From Azolla caroliniana (taxonomy: Eukaryota > Plantae > Polypodiophyta): a stretch of DNA of 64,000 bases. The notes under the pieces are model-generated. The model worked only from the letters and a program-made list of their open reading frames with translations, was not told where the DNA came from and ran no database searches. Positions 13,402 through 24,560 of this stretch are shown here, piece after piece (position 1 is the first letter of the stretch; each line of letters starts with the position of its first letter). The translations under genes and the position numbers were made by a program. The DNA is taken from assembly GCA_043228905.1 (NCBI GenBank), contig JBHGNT010000016.1, forward strand, positions 17,236,001 through 17,300,000. The letters are read 5' to 3'.

Positions 13402-15447
13402 TATGTTAAGTACTCTCAAGCTTCCATTGAACCTGCGTTTATTCTCTGTTGCTACCCGGCTAAACCGGTTTTGTCAAAGCTTCCGCATGGTAACCTTTAC
13501 ATAGTATCAGAGAGTGAGGGTTGAGACTCCACTACAGCCGACAGACGCTTTTGAAGACAAACCCTAACACCCGGTGAAGAACAGAAGAGGACCAAGATGG
13601 ACAAAGGTATGCCAAGTTCGCTTCCCGCAAAAAAGCTTGATCGGAGCAACTATGCATCTTGGTCTTATAAAATGCCCCAGTACCTGTTGGGGCATGGATA
13701 TTGGAGCTATGTGGAATGAACCAACGAGGTAGCACTTGAGCCGGCACACAAGGACTTCCCGACATGGGAACAAGGAGCAAGTAGAGTGCTTTACTGCCTT
13801 GTGTCCTGGAACTGAGAAAACCGAAAAGGGGACAACCTTTGTGATCAAGTACAAGGCTAACTGCTCCGGATCGGAGGAAGTGTGGTACATTGATTCCGGA
13901 GCATCTAATCACATGAAGAAGTCCCTTTAAGCCATGTTGGACGAAAGGGAAAGTTGATGAACGTACTACACCTTCCGGAAATCACAAAGAACCTACTGTC
14001 GGTCGGACAAATCATCGACCAGGGAATGTAGGTGCGGTTTATGCACCTCGGGTACTTCATCAAGGAAGAAAGCCGAATAATCGCGCAAGGGCGTAGAGAA
14101 GGGAGTCTGTTTATCCTCCACACTAATGACGTCGACACCGCCATGTTTGCTAAAGGACAAAAGATTGAATCAGACATTGATCTTTAGCATAAGCGGATCG
14201 GTCACATCAACTACCGGAGGCTTCAAGATTTGCAATCGAAACAAGTTGTGTTTGGATTGCCGAAATTTAGTGGCCGGAAGGCCCAAATATGTGAAGCCTG
14301 CCAACTCTAGAAGCAACACCAGCTTCCATTCTCCACTGAACGAAACCAGAGCCATAACAAGCTTGATCTAATCCATTCGGATGTATGGGGACCAACACAA
14401 AACGTTAGTATTGGCAGTAGTCAGTATTTTGTCTCCTTCATTGACGACTATAGCCGACACACCTGGATCTACCTCATTGAGAGGAAAAGTGAAGTCTTTG
14501 ACTGTTTTTGGAATCTACAAAGCCTAGTCGAGAGGGAAACAGAAAGAAAGATCCAGTGCCTATGGTCGGATGGCGGAAAAGAATACTTTCCCAGCCAATT
14601 CAATAGTTATCTACAGCAAAAAGGAATTCAGTTGCCGATACACACTGGAACAAAACGGTGTGGCCGAGAGAAAGAACTGATCGATTGTCAACGCGGCAAG
14701 GGCAATGCTGGAGGAGAAGAGCATGCCCAAATTCTACTGGGCTAAGGCGGTCCGGACGGACATCTACATCCAAAACCGGATTGGGGACAAGGTGTCGGCA
14801 CATGAGTTGTATTTCGGGCGGAAACCGAATTTGAGACACTTTCGAATATTCGGTAGCATAGCATATGTGCATGTACTGGATGAGAAACGGAGAAAGCTGG
14901 ATCCAAAGTCGGAGAAGTGCATAGTCGTTGGACAGAACGAAGTCAGATCTTTAGAAACGAAGTCTGAACTGGCCAAGAAGGGCCTCAAACCGCTAACGAG
15001 AGGTTACGCCGATCAACCCGCTAGAAGAACCCTGTAAAGAGATATGGATACAATGAATAGATGGCACATCACTATTCATACATGGACAAGGTGGTGGAAG
15101 TGCGTGAGCCGAAGAGCTACGCAGAAGCAACGAAAGACATAAATTGGCGTGCTACTATGGAAGAAGAAATCCGGGCACTCGATGCCAATGACACCTGGGA
15201 CCTGCTTGACCCTCTCCGACATTGCAAACTGATCGGTTGCAAGTGGTTGTATAAGGTAAAGTACAATGTTGACGGTTCGGTCAACCGGTACATGGCCCGG
15301 TTATTGGCAAAGGGATACGCGTAGTCCCACGGAATTGAGACCTTCGCTCCGATAGTGAAGATGACGATGGTTCATGTGGTACTGGTTGTTGCTGTGGCAA
15401 GAGGTTGGCATCTTCACCAAATGGACGTGAATAATGCGTTTCTTCAA
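13074..15447 (+). mobile_element. Degenerate, internally deleted Copia 'Copia-B', copy 1
   Basis: LTR ~13074-13501 with (TC)n; PBS TAGTATCAGAG 13502-13512; gag KLDRSNYASWSYKM; WYIDSGASNHM; integrase; RT to QMDVNNAFL, then truncated. Confidence 0.88.
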
Positions 15448-16230
15448 TCATCATCATCATCATGCTCATCGCCTCTTGTTGATTCTCCATCTCCTTGCCA
15501 CCCGTCTTCACGTCGGGTTCACCACTTGTATCGTGCCTTTCGGCGCCAGATCGTTGCGTGAGTCGGGTGGGAACCACTGAGGTTTTAGACTAGGAGGAAG
15601 AATTTGAGACAAGTTTATAGTTATGGATAGATTATTAGAAAGATAGGTAAGTTATGAATCTCGTGAATCCCACGACTTTAGTGTATTTAATCAATATTTA
15701 GATAGTAAGAGACAATTTTGATCACAAATTCGTGAATCCTACGAATATATTATATTAATTGGTGTTTTAGGAAATATATCCAATTTCCAAATATTTCACA
15801 CCTCTATTGCATTGTGCTCCTCATCCTTATATAGTGATGAGAGAGTCTTCACAATCCATGCTTTTTCTCTAACTATAGACTATATGCTTTATCTAACATG
15901 CTTTTTCTAACTTTAGTTTTCATGCACACTGCATGTGCATGATTAGCTTTCTATCCCATCTTTTCTTTTAACTCGAGTGTGTATGCATGAGTAACTTTTT
16001 GTACCATGCATATCTAGAAATTTTACATGGGATAAAGTTTAATATAACTTTAAAATTCATAATATGTTAGTATAGTGGTAAGGCTTAACATTATTAACAT
16101 GGAGGTGCAAGGTTCGAATCTTGCCCTATGCATGTAATGCTTATTTTGATATTTTCTTCTTTTTTCTTCATATTTATTCAATTGGTTATTTTATATTATT
16201 TTCACGTAGTGTACGAAATACACTACGACA
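15448..16230 (-). mobile_element. Second, independent insertion of the tRNA-Trp-primed element: 5' LTR 16230-15529, PBS 15524-15507, gag start, copy 1
   Basis: Reverse-complement homology to 24670-25540; PBS TGGTGAACCCGACGTGAA; MENQQEAM. Confidence 0.85.
16062..16132 (+). promoter_or_regulatory. tRNA-like Pol III A-box/B-box module inside the LTR (also 42030-42100; homolog on minus strand at 24764-24833)
   Basis: TAGTATAGTGGTAA (A box) 16068; GGTTCGAATC (B box) 16111 within hairpin GCAAG-GTTCGAAT-CTTGC; no convincing acceptor or anticodon stem. Confidence 0.6.
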
Positions 16231-16363
16231 ACGTTCTAGCCGTGCAAGGCTACCACCCCTAGCATTCATCGTGGCTCTAGAGAAATGGAGAAAATGTGAG
16301 GATCTCCTAAGGTAAGAGCCCCATCTATCCTCCACCCCAATTTTTCCAATTAGGGAAGCCCAT

Positions 16364-16421
16364 TGTAAAGAATCAAGAGATGGATTCTTGTGATGCGGAA
16401 GAGATGTGAGTTATGTGTGTG

Positions 16422-16475
<54 letters not shown>

Positions 16476-16797
16476 ACACAGAGAATACGCAAAGTTAAAA
16501 GTATATTAGCAAAGGAGAAAGACTCAACATTTTACAAGGTGGGAGGAGGGTGCTTTATGTAGTCACCCTCTCTCTTCATTAACTACAAGACTCATGGAGC
16601 ATGGGGAATGTGAAAGCTCATAAGTTATGTGTCATAGAATATGATTCTATGACTCATACTAAATGCTAGAATACAAAGTGGTGACATAATGGTGACTCTT
16701 GACCGTTAGAGTGTCTCTTGACTCTCAAGGTGAGTTCACACACTAGACCAAGTTGAGCTTGATTCTCAACACGCCCCCTCAAGCTCAAGTCGGGTCG
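16364..16797 (-). mobile_element. Copia-C 3' LTR (16364-16771) plus PPT left behind by the 6.6-kb deletion
   Basis: Near-identical to 42332-42763; preceded by CCCAT. Confidence 0.92.
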
Positions 16798-16847
16798 AAT
16801 GTCAAATTTGGCTTGTGTCTAATTCTCGGTTTTGGGCTTGTGTCCAT

Positions 16848-19800
16848 TGTTGTTCTCTGACCGGACAAGGCCTAACACAAGGTGTCACGGAGACACTTCA
16901 CCAAAGGGTGATTACGGCATAGGATTATGACTCAACGATTACACCGACTTAAGTAGGTTACACGATTAGAGCGCTTTTGTTAATTACACGCGTAAGATAT
17001 AACAGTAATTACAGAACGGAAATCAACACAGAAGTATAAACACCATACGCTCTATTAATTATCCGCTGCGATTACAATGGGGTCCATGCCTTTAAATAGG
17101 TTTCCGGCCCGTAGTACAAAACGGTGCCTATCGCACCTATTCGGGATCCGTCCGGATCTGGAACGGCATACCGTTTCCAGTCCGTCTGTCCATACTATGC
17201 TTATTTACAACCATACTTAATTAATTCCTTCACTCCGTATTTTGGACTCCTTGCCGGCCGGTAACACATGGCACGCCCGTGGGACAGTACCTTGTACGTC
17301 GAACCCTTCTCGGCCCCTTCATTGTTCACCCAAATTGTCCAAAATACTTTGTTCTAGAGTTTCCAATTGTTCTTCCGGTTGTGGTTGTTGCGGCTATGCT
17401 TGCTGCTGCTGCTGTGGTTGCGGTTGGGACTGAGACTGCTCCGGCTGCTCTATAGGCGGCTGCTCCGTTTGTTTCTCTGACTCCGGCATCCCCGTTTGAC
17501 TGCTTCCGGTCCGGTCTCCTTCCAGTAATGGTTCCTCATCACTGAGGTTGACCGTAACCGGTTCTCGTGCTTTCTCTTCCCGGATCCGGGACCTCTCGTA
17601 GCTTTCAAACTGGATCTGCGCCTCCAGCCTGTCGTCGTCCAGCTGAGCTACAAGTTGCCGGACTTGCCCTAGTTGGTCCTCTGCCAAGGCTTGAAAGTCT
17701 TCGGCCAGCTCATCTCTTATGCCGGTGAAGTCTTCGGAAGTCAGCATATAGCAATCATCTCCCTCCTTCCGCCGGTTCTCTACATCGGCCCGGAGCAATT
17801 GGAGTTCCGCCACGTTCGGGGCCCACTTGGTCCACCATTTGACGGAACCGTTGTCAATCAAGCTCTTGGTCTGGTTCAACCAGGCCCGCATGATATCCTG
17901 GATGCGACTTGCTCCCATTTGCGCTCTACTTTCCACAACTTGTCGTTCCTCCTTCAACTGCTTGATGAGATTAGCCGTATCCTCCGCCTGCTCTCTGTAG
18001 CGCGTCAGCTGCCCTTGATATGTTGTTTGTAGCCTCTGCAGTACCTCCGCCGCTCTTTCTTTTTCCGCCTGCTGTTGCCTGAGGAGCTCTGTCCGAACCT
18101 TCTCCGCCTCTTCCAACCGTCTTCTGGTTTCCGCTTGTTCATTAGCGTATGCCGTTGCGGTCCGATCAACTGCTTGCCGGAGCTCATCCGTCCGTTCCTT
18201 GTGCTCCGTTTGCAACCGTTTATACTCCCGGTGCAAGTGCTCAAATTCCTCCGTTTTTTGTTTGAGCTTGCCGTTGATCTGGCGATGGTTCCGGTCCTCC
18301 CGGTCCTTTAGCTGCCGGAGTTCCTCTTTCAGGCGCTCTACTTCTGTTTCGGCGTTTTTCTGGAGCCTGTCCTTCTCTTGCAGCATTTTCTCCTTTTCCT
18401 CCTTGAGCCGGTCGTACGCTTGGTGGCCTTTTCGTAAGCTCTCCTCGGCCCGACGTAGATTCTCAGCAGTCTTTTTGAGTTCTGCCTCCGCTGCCGTCTT
18501 CAACTCTCTTTCGCAGCTCCTCAGCGCTTCTTGGGCAGCTAGCTCATCCTTTAAGTCCGCAAGCTCTTGGGCTTGTGCCGCATTTCTCTCCGGAACGGTT
18601 TCCGTTGCCGGGGTCTGATTGCTATGTACAGGTTGATCTGACGCTTTATTCTGTACATTGCCCGGAGTCACCGGTGCTTGGACTTGTGTTGTCAAAGCCA
18701 ATTGAGCCATTTCCCTTGTGACCCTGTCCAAGTCTTGTTCAAGGCTCCGGATTCTGGACCGGGCCGTCTCTAGATCTACGGTTGTGACGAGCAACCGTTC
18801 GTGGTGCGCTCTCTCCTCCGCCTCTATGTACTCGACCGCTCCGGCGATCTGCTCGCCTACCCACCGTAGCCACATGCTACTGGTGCCTTGCTGCTGTACT
18901 GGTCGGGTCGGCTCGTTCACTGTGGAATTGTCTGGCCTGAGTGCCTGTATCTGCCGTTCTGGTTCTACTCCTTGGCCGCTGTGTGCGCTGGCTGGGCTCG
19001 CCGGCTGTTGAGTTCCGGTTCTCGCCGTCTCCGGAGCCGTTGGAATGACTTCTTGTATAGAAGTCCACAAGGTCGGTTCTATACGCACCGGTTCCGATTC
19101 CTCCCTTGTGGTTTGCTCAGGTTGAGTTGGGGGCGTTTCTTCCTTTTGCGGGTCCGAACGCTCCCCCGCTGTCCCGGCGGTCCTACTTCTTGACCGTCGT
19201 TGGAGGTGCTCTACTGGCTCCTCCGTTTCCTCTTCTTGGGTAACGGCATGTATCTGTGCCGTCAAGGGTTCCGGTTCCTTCTGTCCCGGTCGCCGTATGG
19301 TTATCTTAACGGGTCGGACCGGTGACACCTCCTCCGGTTCTGGGAGCCGTTTCTTCCCTTTCGTCGCCTTCGACGCCAGCAGCTGCTGTCGTTTGGACGC
19401 GGGTTTCGAGGTGCTTCCTTCCAATAATCTTGGCCGCTTCTTTGGCTGGACGGTCTCGACCAGCGGCGCGAGCAATGTTATCCACTGAGCTACGGCATGC
19501 CACAGCTTCCGGCCCTCCTTGCCGTCCTTTCCTCGTACCGTGTCGATTGCCGCGCACAAACCGTCTGCAATCAACACCGTCCAATCCACCTTGATCCCTT
19601 CATAGGTGGCTATGATCATCCCTGCCCGATTTTTTGGCATGACAGGGGGTCGGGGGTACACGTGGCCGTACTCATGGAGCACTCGAGCTATCTCCCTGAA
19701 TAGCGGATCTTCGCCGCCCTGCGTTCGATAGCCTTTGCCGGCTAGAGAGTACTCACCGAAATATCGGATGAGTTGCTCCGAGGTTGGGTTATTGATCTGA

Positions 19801-20315
19801 AAAATACCTCCCTCCGGAAGGCCTGTTAGCGCACGGATCGCTTCCTCATTGATGACTTCTGTGTCGAGCTCCTTGATGACCCGGTCGGCTTCTTTGTGCG
19901 GTGGTGCCTCCATGATGGTCAAGAACCCATCCAGTCCGTGTTGCCTGAGCCATTTCCTGGCCGCTTCCGACAGCGTTTGTGGGTCCATGTCTGCTTCGAG
20001 GTCGAGGAAAGATGGCGAGGTAGAGTGGTGATGAGAGTGAGAGCGAGAGAGAGAGAGTTCCGAACGTGGGGGTTCTCTGAGTGCAAGTTCGCGTTTGCTA
20101 AGCTTCCACCGCCTTGGTGCTTCTGTGCTTCTTGGCTCGCGAAATGAAAAGGTCTCCATGCGTTCTGCTTTTTCTCTGTGCGTCTTGGCGCCTTTTCCGA
20201 GCATGCGCACGTCGTGTACCAATTTAGTATTAAGTAACGTGGCGGCTCTTAAATGCCCACTACGTACCTTTTCGCTCCTTGCTTTCACGTTCGTTCATAC
20301 CTCGATTTTTAATGA

Positions 20316-20360
<45 letters not shown>

Positions 20361-23300
20361 GACGGTATGTGATCTTACACATCCGTAGGTCCCTTCGGAC
20401 CCTTACCGTTTTCCTTACGGGTTGCCGTGTCTTCCTTCGCCTCTGCTACGGGTTCCCCGTCGTCTTTTTCTTCCATCCGTACCGTTCCCGGTATAGTGCC
20501 GGTGGGCTGCATAAACGGGTTACTTGGCATCGGTCCTTTATAGGGCTTTAGTCTAAATCCGTTGACCCACTTGCCTAGCACTTCACCGGCAAGTGTCCCT
20601 AACTGATAGGACCCGTTGTATTCCCGTGTCAGCCAATACGGGCCTGTCCATCTAAACCGGAGTTTACCCGGCATCTTGCCCATCCTCGTTTGGAATACTA
20701 GCACCGGCTTTCCGATTTCGAACATCTTCTCATTACCTTTCCGGTGACGGTCAACGAACGCTTTCCGTCGTCGTTGCTCTAGTTCCATGTGTAGGATGCT
20801 GGCAAGCCGTTGCTCCTCCAGTTCGCATAGTGCTGCTAGCCGCATTTCCTCCGACTCCTTTTCATTCAGCCGTTCCCGTAGTTGGATCCGTAAGCTTGGT
20901 ACCTGAAATTCCACCGGCATGACCGCCTCTAAGCCGAACGCTAACCGGAACGGCGTTGTCCGGATACTTGTTTTGTATGCCGTTCGGTACGCCCATAGCG
21001 CGCTATGGAGCTTTGTATCCCAGTCCGTCCGGTTTTCATTGACGATTTTGCGGAGAATGTTCTGGAGCGTTTTGTTGGTTGACTCTGCTAACCCGTTTGC
21101 TTGTGGGTAGTACGGTGTGCTCCATTTATGGACCACGGCATAGAACGTTGTTAAGCTTTCAACTACCTGGCCGAGGAAGTGCCCTCCTTGGTCGCTGATT
21201 AATTCAATCGGACATCCATATCGGCACCAAATGTTTTCGTACAGGAATTTTGCTGTGGATGACGCGGTGTTGTCTCTCAAGGCCTTAGCCTCCACCCATT
21301 TAGTGCAATAATCTGTTGCCACGATGACATAACGATTACCCGTTCTCATTGCCGGTGGCTTGAACGGTCCGACAAAATCCAACCCCCACTTCTGGAATGG
21401 CTCTAGTGGAAGTACCGGTTGGTGTGGCATCCGTGCTTGCTCCGTAGGCTGGCCCATTCGTTGGCATAGGTCACATTCCTTAGCATACTTGACGGCATCT
21501 TTTAACGTCGTGGGCCACCATAAGCCGCTCTGCCCTACTTTCCTTGCCGTCGCTTCCCCGGCATAGTGTCCTCCGGCAACCCCACAGTGTGCTTCCCGTA
21601 AGATTACTTGTTTCTCGTCACTACGGACTGCCCGTCTCCATATTCCATCTGCTCCCTTGTGGTAGAGAGTGTCCCGTAACAGACAGAAATTGCGGCTCTG
21701 TACCGCCAGTCGTTTCCTCTCGTCCCGGTTCATTTCCTCCGGTGGCAGGCCCGTGCTTAGGAACTGGTGCATGTTTGTCAGCCACCTATTTTCTGATGCC
21801 ACCGTGTCGTCCGCTGCCGTTTCCGGGGTGATACGGAATAACTCTGCGTCCGGGAATTCATCCGATACTCCGACGCCTGATTCTCCGGACTCTAACCGGC
21901 TCAGGTAGTCTGCTACGGCATGCTGGATACCGGGCCGGTGGAAGATCTCGAATTCGAACTCCTGCAACAGCAAGGTCCAACGGGCCAACTTACCGGTCAG
22001 GGACGCCTTGGACACTAAGTACAGGAGCGCCGAGTGATCCACATGAAAGGAGAACTTCCTTCCCAATAGGTAATGACGAAACTTTGTTACACTGTAGATC
22101 ATGCCCAGGGCCTCCCGTTCCGTCGTCGAATAGTTCTTCTCCGCTTGGGACAGCTTCCGGCTAGCGTAATATACCGGCCGATACCATTTAGGCTCCGTAA
22201 GTTGCATTAAGGCGCTGCCGATAGCGATGTCGGAAGCGTCAATGAACACATGAAATTCCTTGCTCCAATCCGGAGGCTGCACGACGGGTGCTTGCGACAA
22301 AAGTACCTTCAGGGCATTGTATGCCTTATCCTCCGTATCCGTCCATTGGAACGGTGTCCGATGTACCGCGGTGTGTAATGGTGTAGCCAAGTCAGCCAAG
22401 TGACGGAGCATCCGGCTGTGCCACCGGATCTGTCCTAAGAATCGGCTTAGTGCTTTGGCCGTTTTCGGCGCCGGTGCCCCTAGTATCGCGTTTACTTTGT
22501 CCGGGTCGACCGCAATGCCCTCCTTACTTACAATGTGTCCCAGTAATATTCCACTTGAAACCCCGAAGATGCATTTTGCTGGGTTTAAGCTTAGCCGGTA
22601 TAACCTACACTTTTCAAGGCATAACCGTAGGTGCTGCAAATGGTCTTTTTCCCGGCTATAGACTGCAAAGTCATCCAGGAAAACCTGCATGAAGGCTGGA
22701 ATGTATTCGCCGAAGATCTCCATGATGATTCGCTGGAAAGTTGCTGGTGCCGTTTTTAGTCCGAACATCATTACTACGGCCACAAACACTCCCCATTCGG
22801 TTACGAACGCTGTCTTCTCCTGGTCATCAGGGTGCATCCGGATTTGATTGTATCCGCTGAACCCGTCTAAAAAGCTATAAACTTCATGGCCGGCGACGGC
22901 ATCCAGTACTCCATCCGTGAACGGAAGAGGGAATGCATCCGTAATTGTGGCTGCATTTAGTTTCCTGTAATCTACACACACGCGGATTTTACCGTTCTTC
23001 TTTGGGACGACGACGATGGGGCTCAGCCACGTCGCTTTCTTTACTGGCCGAATGAAGCCCACTCTTAGGAGTTTGTCGATTTCCTCCTTCACTTTGGCGG
23101 CGTAGTTGGGGTTCATTCGGTAACGTCTTTGCGCCACTGGTTTCGCGTCCTTGCCTAAGTGGATCTGATGCTGATATAATTGAGGGTCCAGCCCTCGCAT
23201 GTCTTCGTATGACCAGGCGAATACGTCGCGAAACTCCGTGAGAAGTTTGATCATCGCCACTTTATCTTCCGGCTTCATTTCTTTGGCGATGTGTACCAGC

Positions 23301-24118
23301 TTTGATTCGTCCTTGCTTCCTAGGTTCACTTCGTCGAGCTGGGATGTTTTTACCCGTTGGGAAACGGCCATTTCCCGTTCCAACGCTTCCTGTGCTTGCC
23401 GTAATTCCCGAATCGAATCTTTGTCTGGTTCGGCTTCGGTTTCGTCCCGCTGCGGCAAGTATGGCGCTACGGCTTCAACCACGTCAATCTCGAAAAGTGG
23501 TACGATCTTCGGGTGTTCCTCCAAGTACTGGGCTTCTTCGTCGTCTGCCAACCCTTCAAGCATGTTCACGCATTCCGCATACAGCGGTGTGCATTCCTTA
23601 CCGTTGCTCGTCCGTGGTTGTGCCGGTACCCGGACCTTGGCTTTTCCGCGCCGGAAGGTAATCATATTTTTCCGCCAATTTTGCTTGATGTGTGCTGTTT
23701 TCAACCATGGTCTGCCCAGCAACAGTGGGTACGCTCCTTGCGCCTGTAGCTGCAGCACTACAGCCGAGATGTGAAATGTGTGACCTCCTATGGTGACTTC
23801 CAATTTCCGTATTAAGCCCGTCGGCCGTACAGAGCTCGTATCCGCCATCCGTAGCCAGAACGGACATGGCTCCCATTCATGTATACCCAAGGCATCACAC
23901 GTGCGGAGGCTTATTACGTTCACCCCGGAACCTCCATCGATTACTGTGCCGGGAAGTTCGTGCCCTTTGACAATAGCTGTAATCACCGGACTACTAGTGT
24001 CCACCACCGTCGATCCCTCCTTCGGATTCGAGAAGAGGACTGGTGCCGGTGGGGCTATACCGTCTGTCATGACCGTTTTTAGTCCTTCCGTAAATCGCGG
24101 CACGAGCTGCAAGAGTCT
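16848..24118 (-). mobile_element. Gypsy element, 5'-truncated duplicate (3' LTR 16848-17266, extra ORF, pol)
   Basis: Near-identical to 49409-56679; gag and 5' LTR absent. Confidence 0.95.
17394..20288 (-). CDS. Gypsy 3' extra ORF (coiled-coil protein), copy 1
   Basis: 964-codon ORF between pol and the 3' LTR; E/K/R/Q heptad-rich C-terminal half. Confidence 0.85.
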   Translation of the reverse strand: MKARSEKVRSGHLRAATLLNTKLVHDVRMLGKGAKTHREKAERMETFSFREPRSTEAPRRWKLSKRELALREPPRSELSLSRSHSHHHSTSPSFLDLEADMDPQTLSEAARKWLRQHGLDGFLTIMEAPPHKEADRVIKELDTEVINEEAIRALTGLPEGGIFQINNPTSEQLIRYFGEYSLAGKGYRTQGGEDPLFREIARVLHEYGHVYPRPPVMPKNRAGMIIATYEGIKVDWTVLIADGLCAAIDTVRGKDGKEGRKLWHAVAQWITLLAPLVETVQPKKRPRLLEGSTSKPASKRQQLLASKATKGKKRLPEPEEVSPVRPVKITIRRPGQKEPEPLTAQIHAVTQEEETEEPVEHLQRRSRSRTAGTAGERSDPQKEETPPTQPEQTTREESEPVRIEPTLWTSIQEVIPTAPETARTGTQQPASPASAHSGQGVEPERQIQALRPDNSTVNEPTRPVQQQGTSSMWLRWVGEQIAGAVEYIEAEERAHHERLLVTTVDLETARSRIRSLEQDLDRVTREMAQLALTTQVQAPVTPGNVQNKASDQPVHSNQTPATETVPERNAAQAQELADLKDELAAQEALRSCERELKTAAEAELKKTAENLRRAEESLRKGHQAYDRLKEEKEKMLQEKDRLQKNAETEVERLKEELRQLKDREDRNHRQINGKLKQKTEEFEHLHREYKRLQTEHKERTDELRQAVDRTATAYANEQAETRRRLEEAEKVRTELLRQQQAEKERAAEVLQRLQTTYQGQLTRYREQAEDTANLIKQLKEERQVVESRAQMGASRIQDIMRAWLNQTKSLIDNGSVKWWTKWAPNVAELQLLRADVENRRKEGDDCYMLTSEDFTGIRDELAEDFQALAEDQLGQVRQLVAQLDDDRLEAQIQFESYERSRIREEKAREPVTVNLSDEEPLLEGDRTGSSQTGMPESEKQTEQPPIEQPEQSQSQPQPQQQQQA

Positions 24119-24181
24119 GGAATGGGATACGTTGTATTTGCGACTAAGACAGATTCGAACCCAGGAACAACCGCCATCCAT
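20375..24181 (-). CDS. Gypsy pol (PR-RT-RH-INT) with a chimeric 21-aa N-terminus from the breakpoint flank
   Basis: IDGGSGVN; RVCVDYRKLN; FLDDF; DASDIAIG; NYSTTERE; HHCC; WGLDFVGP; YPQANG. The first 21 aa are absent from the intact copy. Confidence 0.9.
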   Translation of the reverse strand: MDGGCSWVRICLSRKYNVSHSRLLQLVPRFTEGLKTVMTDGIAPPAPVLFSNPKEGSTVVDTSSPVITAIVKGHELPGTVIDGGSGVNVISLRTCDALGIHEWEPCPFWLRMADTSSVRPTGLIRKLEVTIGGHTFHISAVVLQLQAQGAYPLLLGRPWLKTAHIKQNWRKNMITFRRGKAKVRVPAQPRTSNGKECTPLYAECVNMLEGLADDEEAQYLEEHPKIVPLFEIDVVEAVAPYLPQRDETEAEPDKDSIRELRQAQEALEREMAVSQRVKTSQLDEVNLGSKDESKLVHIAKEMKPEDKVAMIKLLTEFRDVFAWSYEDMRGLDPQLYQHQIHLGKDAKPVAQRRYRMNPNYAAKVKEEIDKLLRVGFIRPVKKATWLSPIVVVPKKNGKIRVCVDYRKLNAATITDAFPLPFTDGVLDAVAGHEVYSFLDGFSGYNQIRMHPDDQEKTAFVTEWGVFVAVVMMFGLKTAPATFQRIIMEIFGEYIPAFMQVFLDDFAVYSREKDHLQHLRLCLEKCRLYRLSLNPAKCIFGVSSGILLGHIVSKEGIAVDPDKVNAILGAPAPKTAKALSRFLGQIRWHSRMLRHLADLATPLHTAVHRTPFQWTDTEDKAYNALKVLLSQAPVVQPPDWSKEFHVFIDASDIAIGSALMQLTEPKWYRPVYYASRKLSQAEKNYSTTEREALGMIYSVTKFRHYLLGRKFSFHVDHSALLYLVSKASLTGKLARWTLLLQEFEFEIFHRPGIQHAVADYLSRLESGESGVGVSDEFPDAELFRITPETAADDTVASENRWLTNMHQFLSTGLPPEEMNRDERKRLAVQSRNFCLLRDTLYHKGADGIWRRAVRSDEKQVILREAHCGVAGGHYAGEATARKVGQSGLWWPTTLKDAVKYAKECDLCQRMGQPTEQARMPHQPVLPLEPFQKWGLDFVGPFKPPAMRTGNRYVIVATDYCTKWVEAKALRDNTASSTAKFLYENIWCRYGCPIELISDQGGHFLGQVVESLTTFYAVVHKWSTPYYPQANGLAESTNKTLQNILRKIVNENRTDWDTKLHSALWAYRTAYKTSIRTTPFRLAFGLEAVMPVEFQVPSLRIQLRERLNEKESEEMRLAALCELEEQRLASILHMELEQRRRKAFVDRHRKGNEKMFEIGKPVLVFQTRMGKMPGKLRFRWTGPYWLTREYNGSYQLGTLAGEVLGKWVNGFRLKPYKGPMPSNPFMQPTGTIPGTVRMEEKDDGEPVAEAKEDTATRKENGKGPKGPTDV

Positions 24182-24185
24182 GCCT

Positions 24186-24560
24186 CATTCAACTAGATGA
24201 CCTTCGGGAAGACAAGTAGGATCTGTCCCTTTCATCGTTGTAGTCATCTAAAGTAGTATCAGGTTGGAAAACAACAAATAGTATGTGATTGACACATTGA
24301 AATCGAGAATCAGAAGAGAGTGGCTCAAGAAGAGCCGAACATTTTGCAAATTTTTGAGGACTTCTAGCTGGCAATTTTTGTGGGTCCAACCGTGCAAGGC
24401 ACTGTCGCACATGCGTGACATGTGATGGCCGGGTAGGACGGCCAAAGTGTGAAAGGGACCGTAGGGACAAGCACAAGTCGTAACTAATATTGATGGGGCC
24501 GGACAGATGGCAGATATTAGGGGAGCTGACCATAAGTGGGGACGAGTTGGACAAACAAAA
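24186..24560 (+). mobile_element. Old Gypsy 3' remnant paralogous to 7039-7415
   Basis: Colinear but visibly diverged match starting at ctagatgaccttcgggaagac. Confidence 0.7.

Larger units (their letters stand above)
1..16797. repeat. Segmental duplication block A, copy 1 (partner 25967-42763)
   Basis: Sequence and ORF track repeat at an offset of 25966-25968 bp; only scattered transitions and (GA)n length changes seen. Confidence 0.98.
16795..24118. repeat. Segmental duplication block B, copy 1 (partner 49356-56679)
   Basis: Offset 32561; identity starts at tcgaatgtcaaatttgg and ends at ...tgcaagagtct. Confidence 0.97.

Noticed and set aside
16062-16132. Functional tRNA gene
   Set aside because: Acceptor and anticodon stems do not pair; it is part of an LTR.
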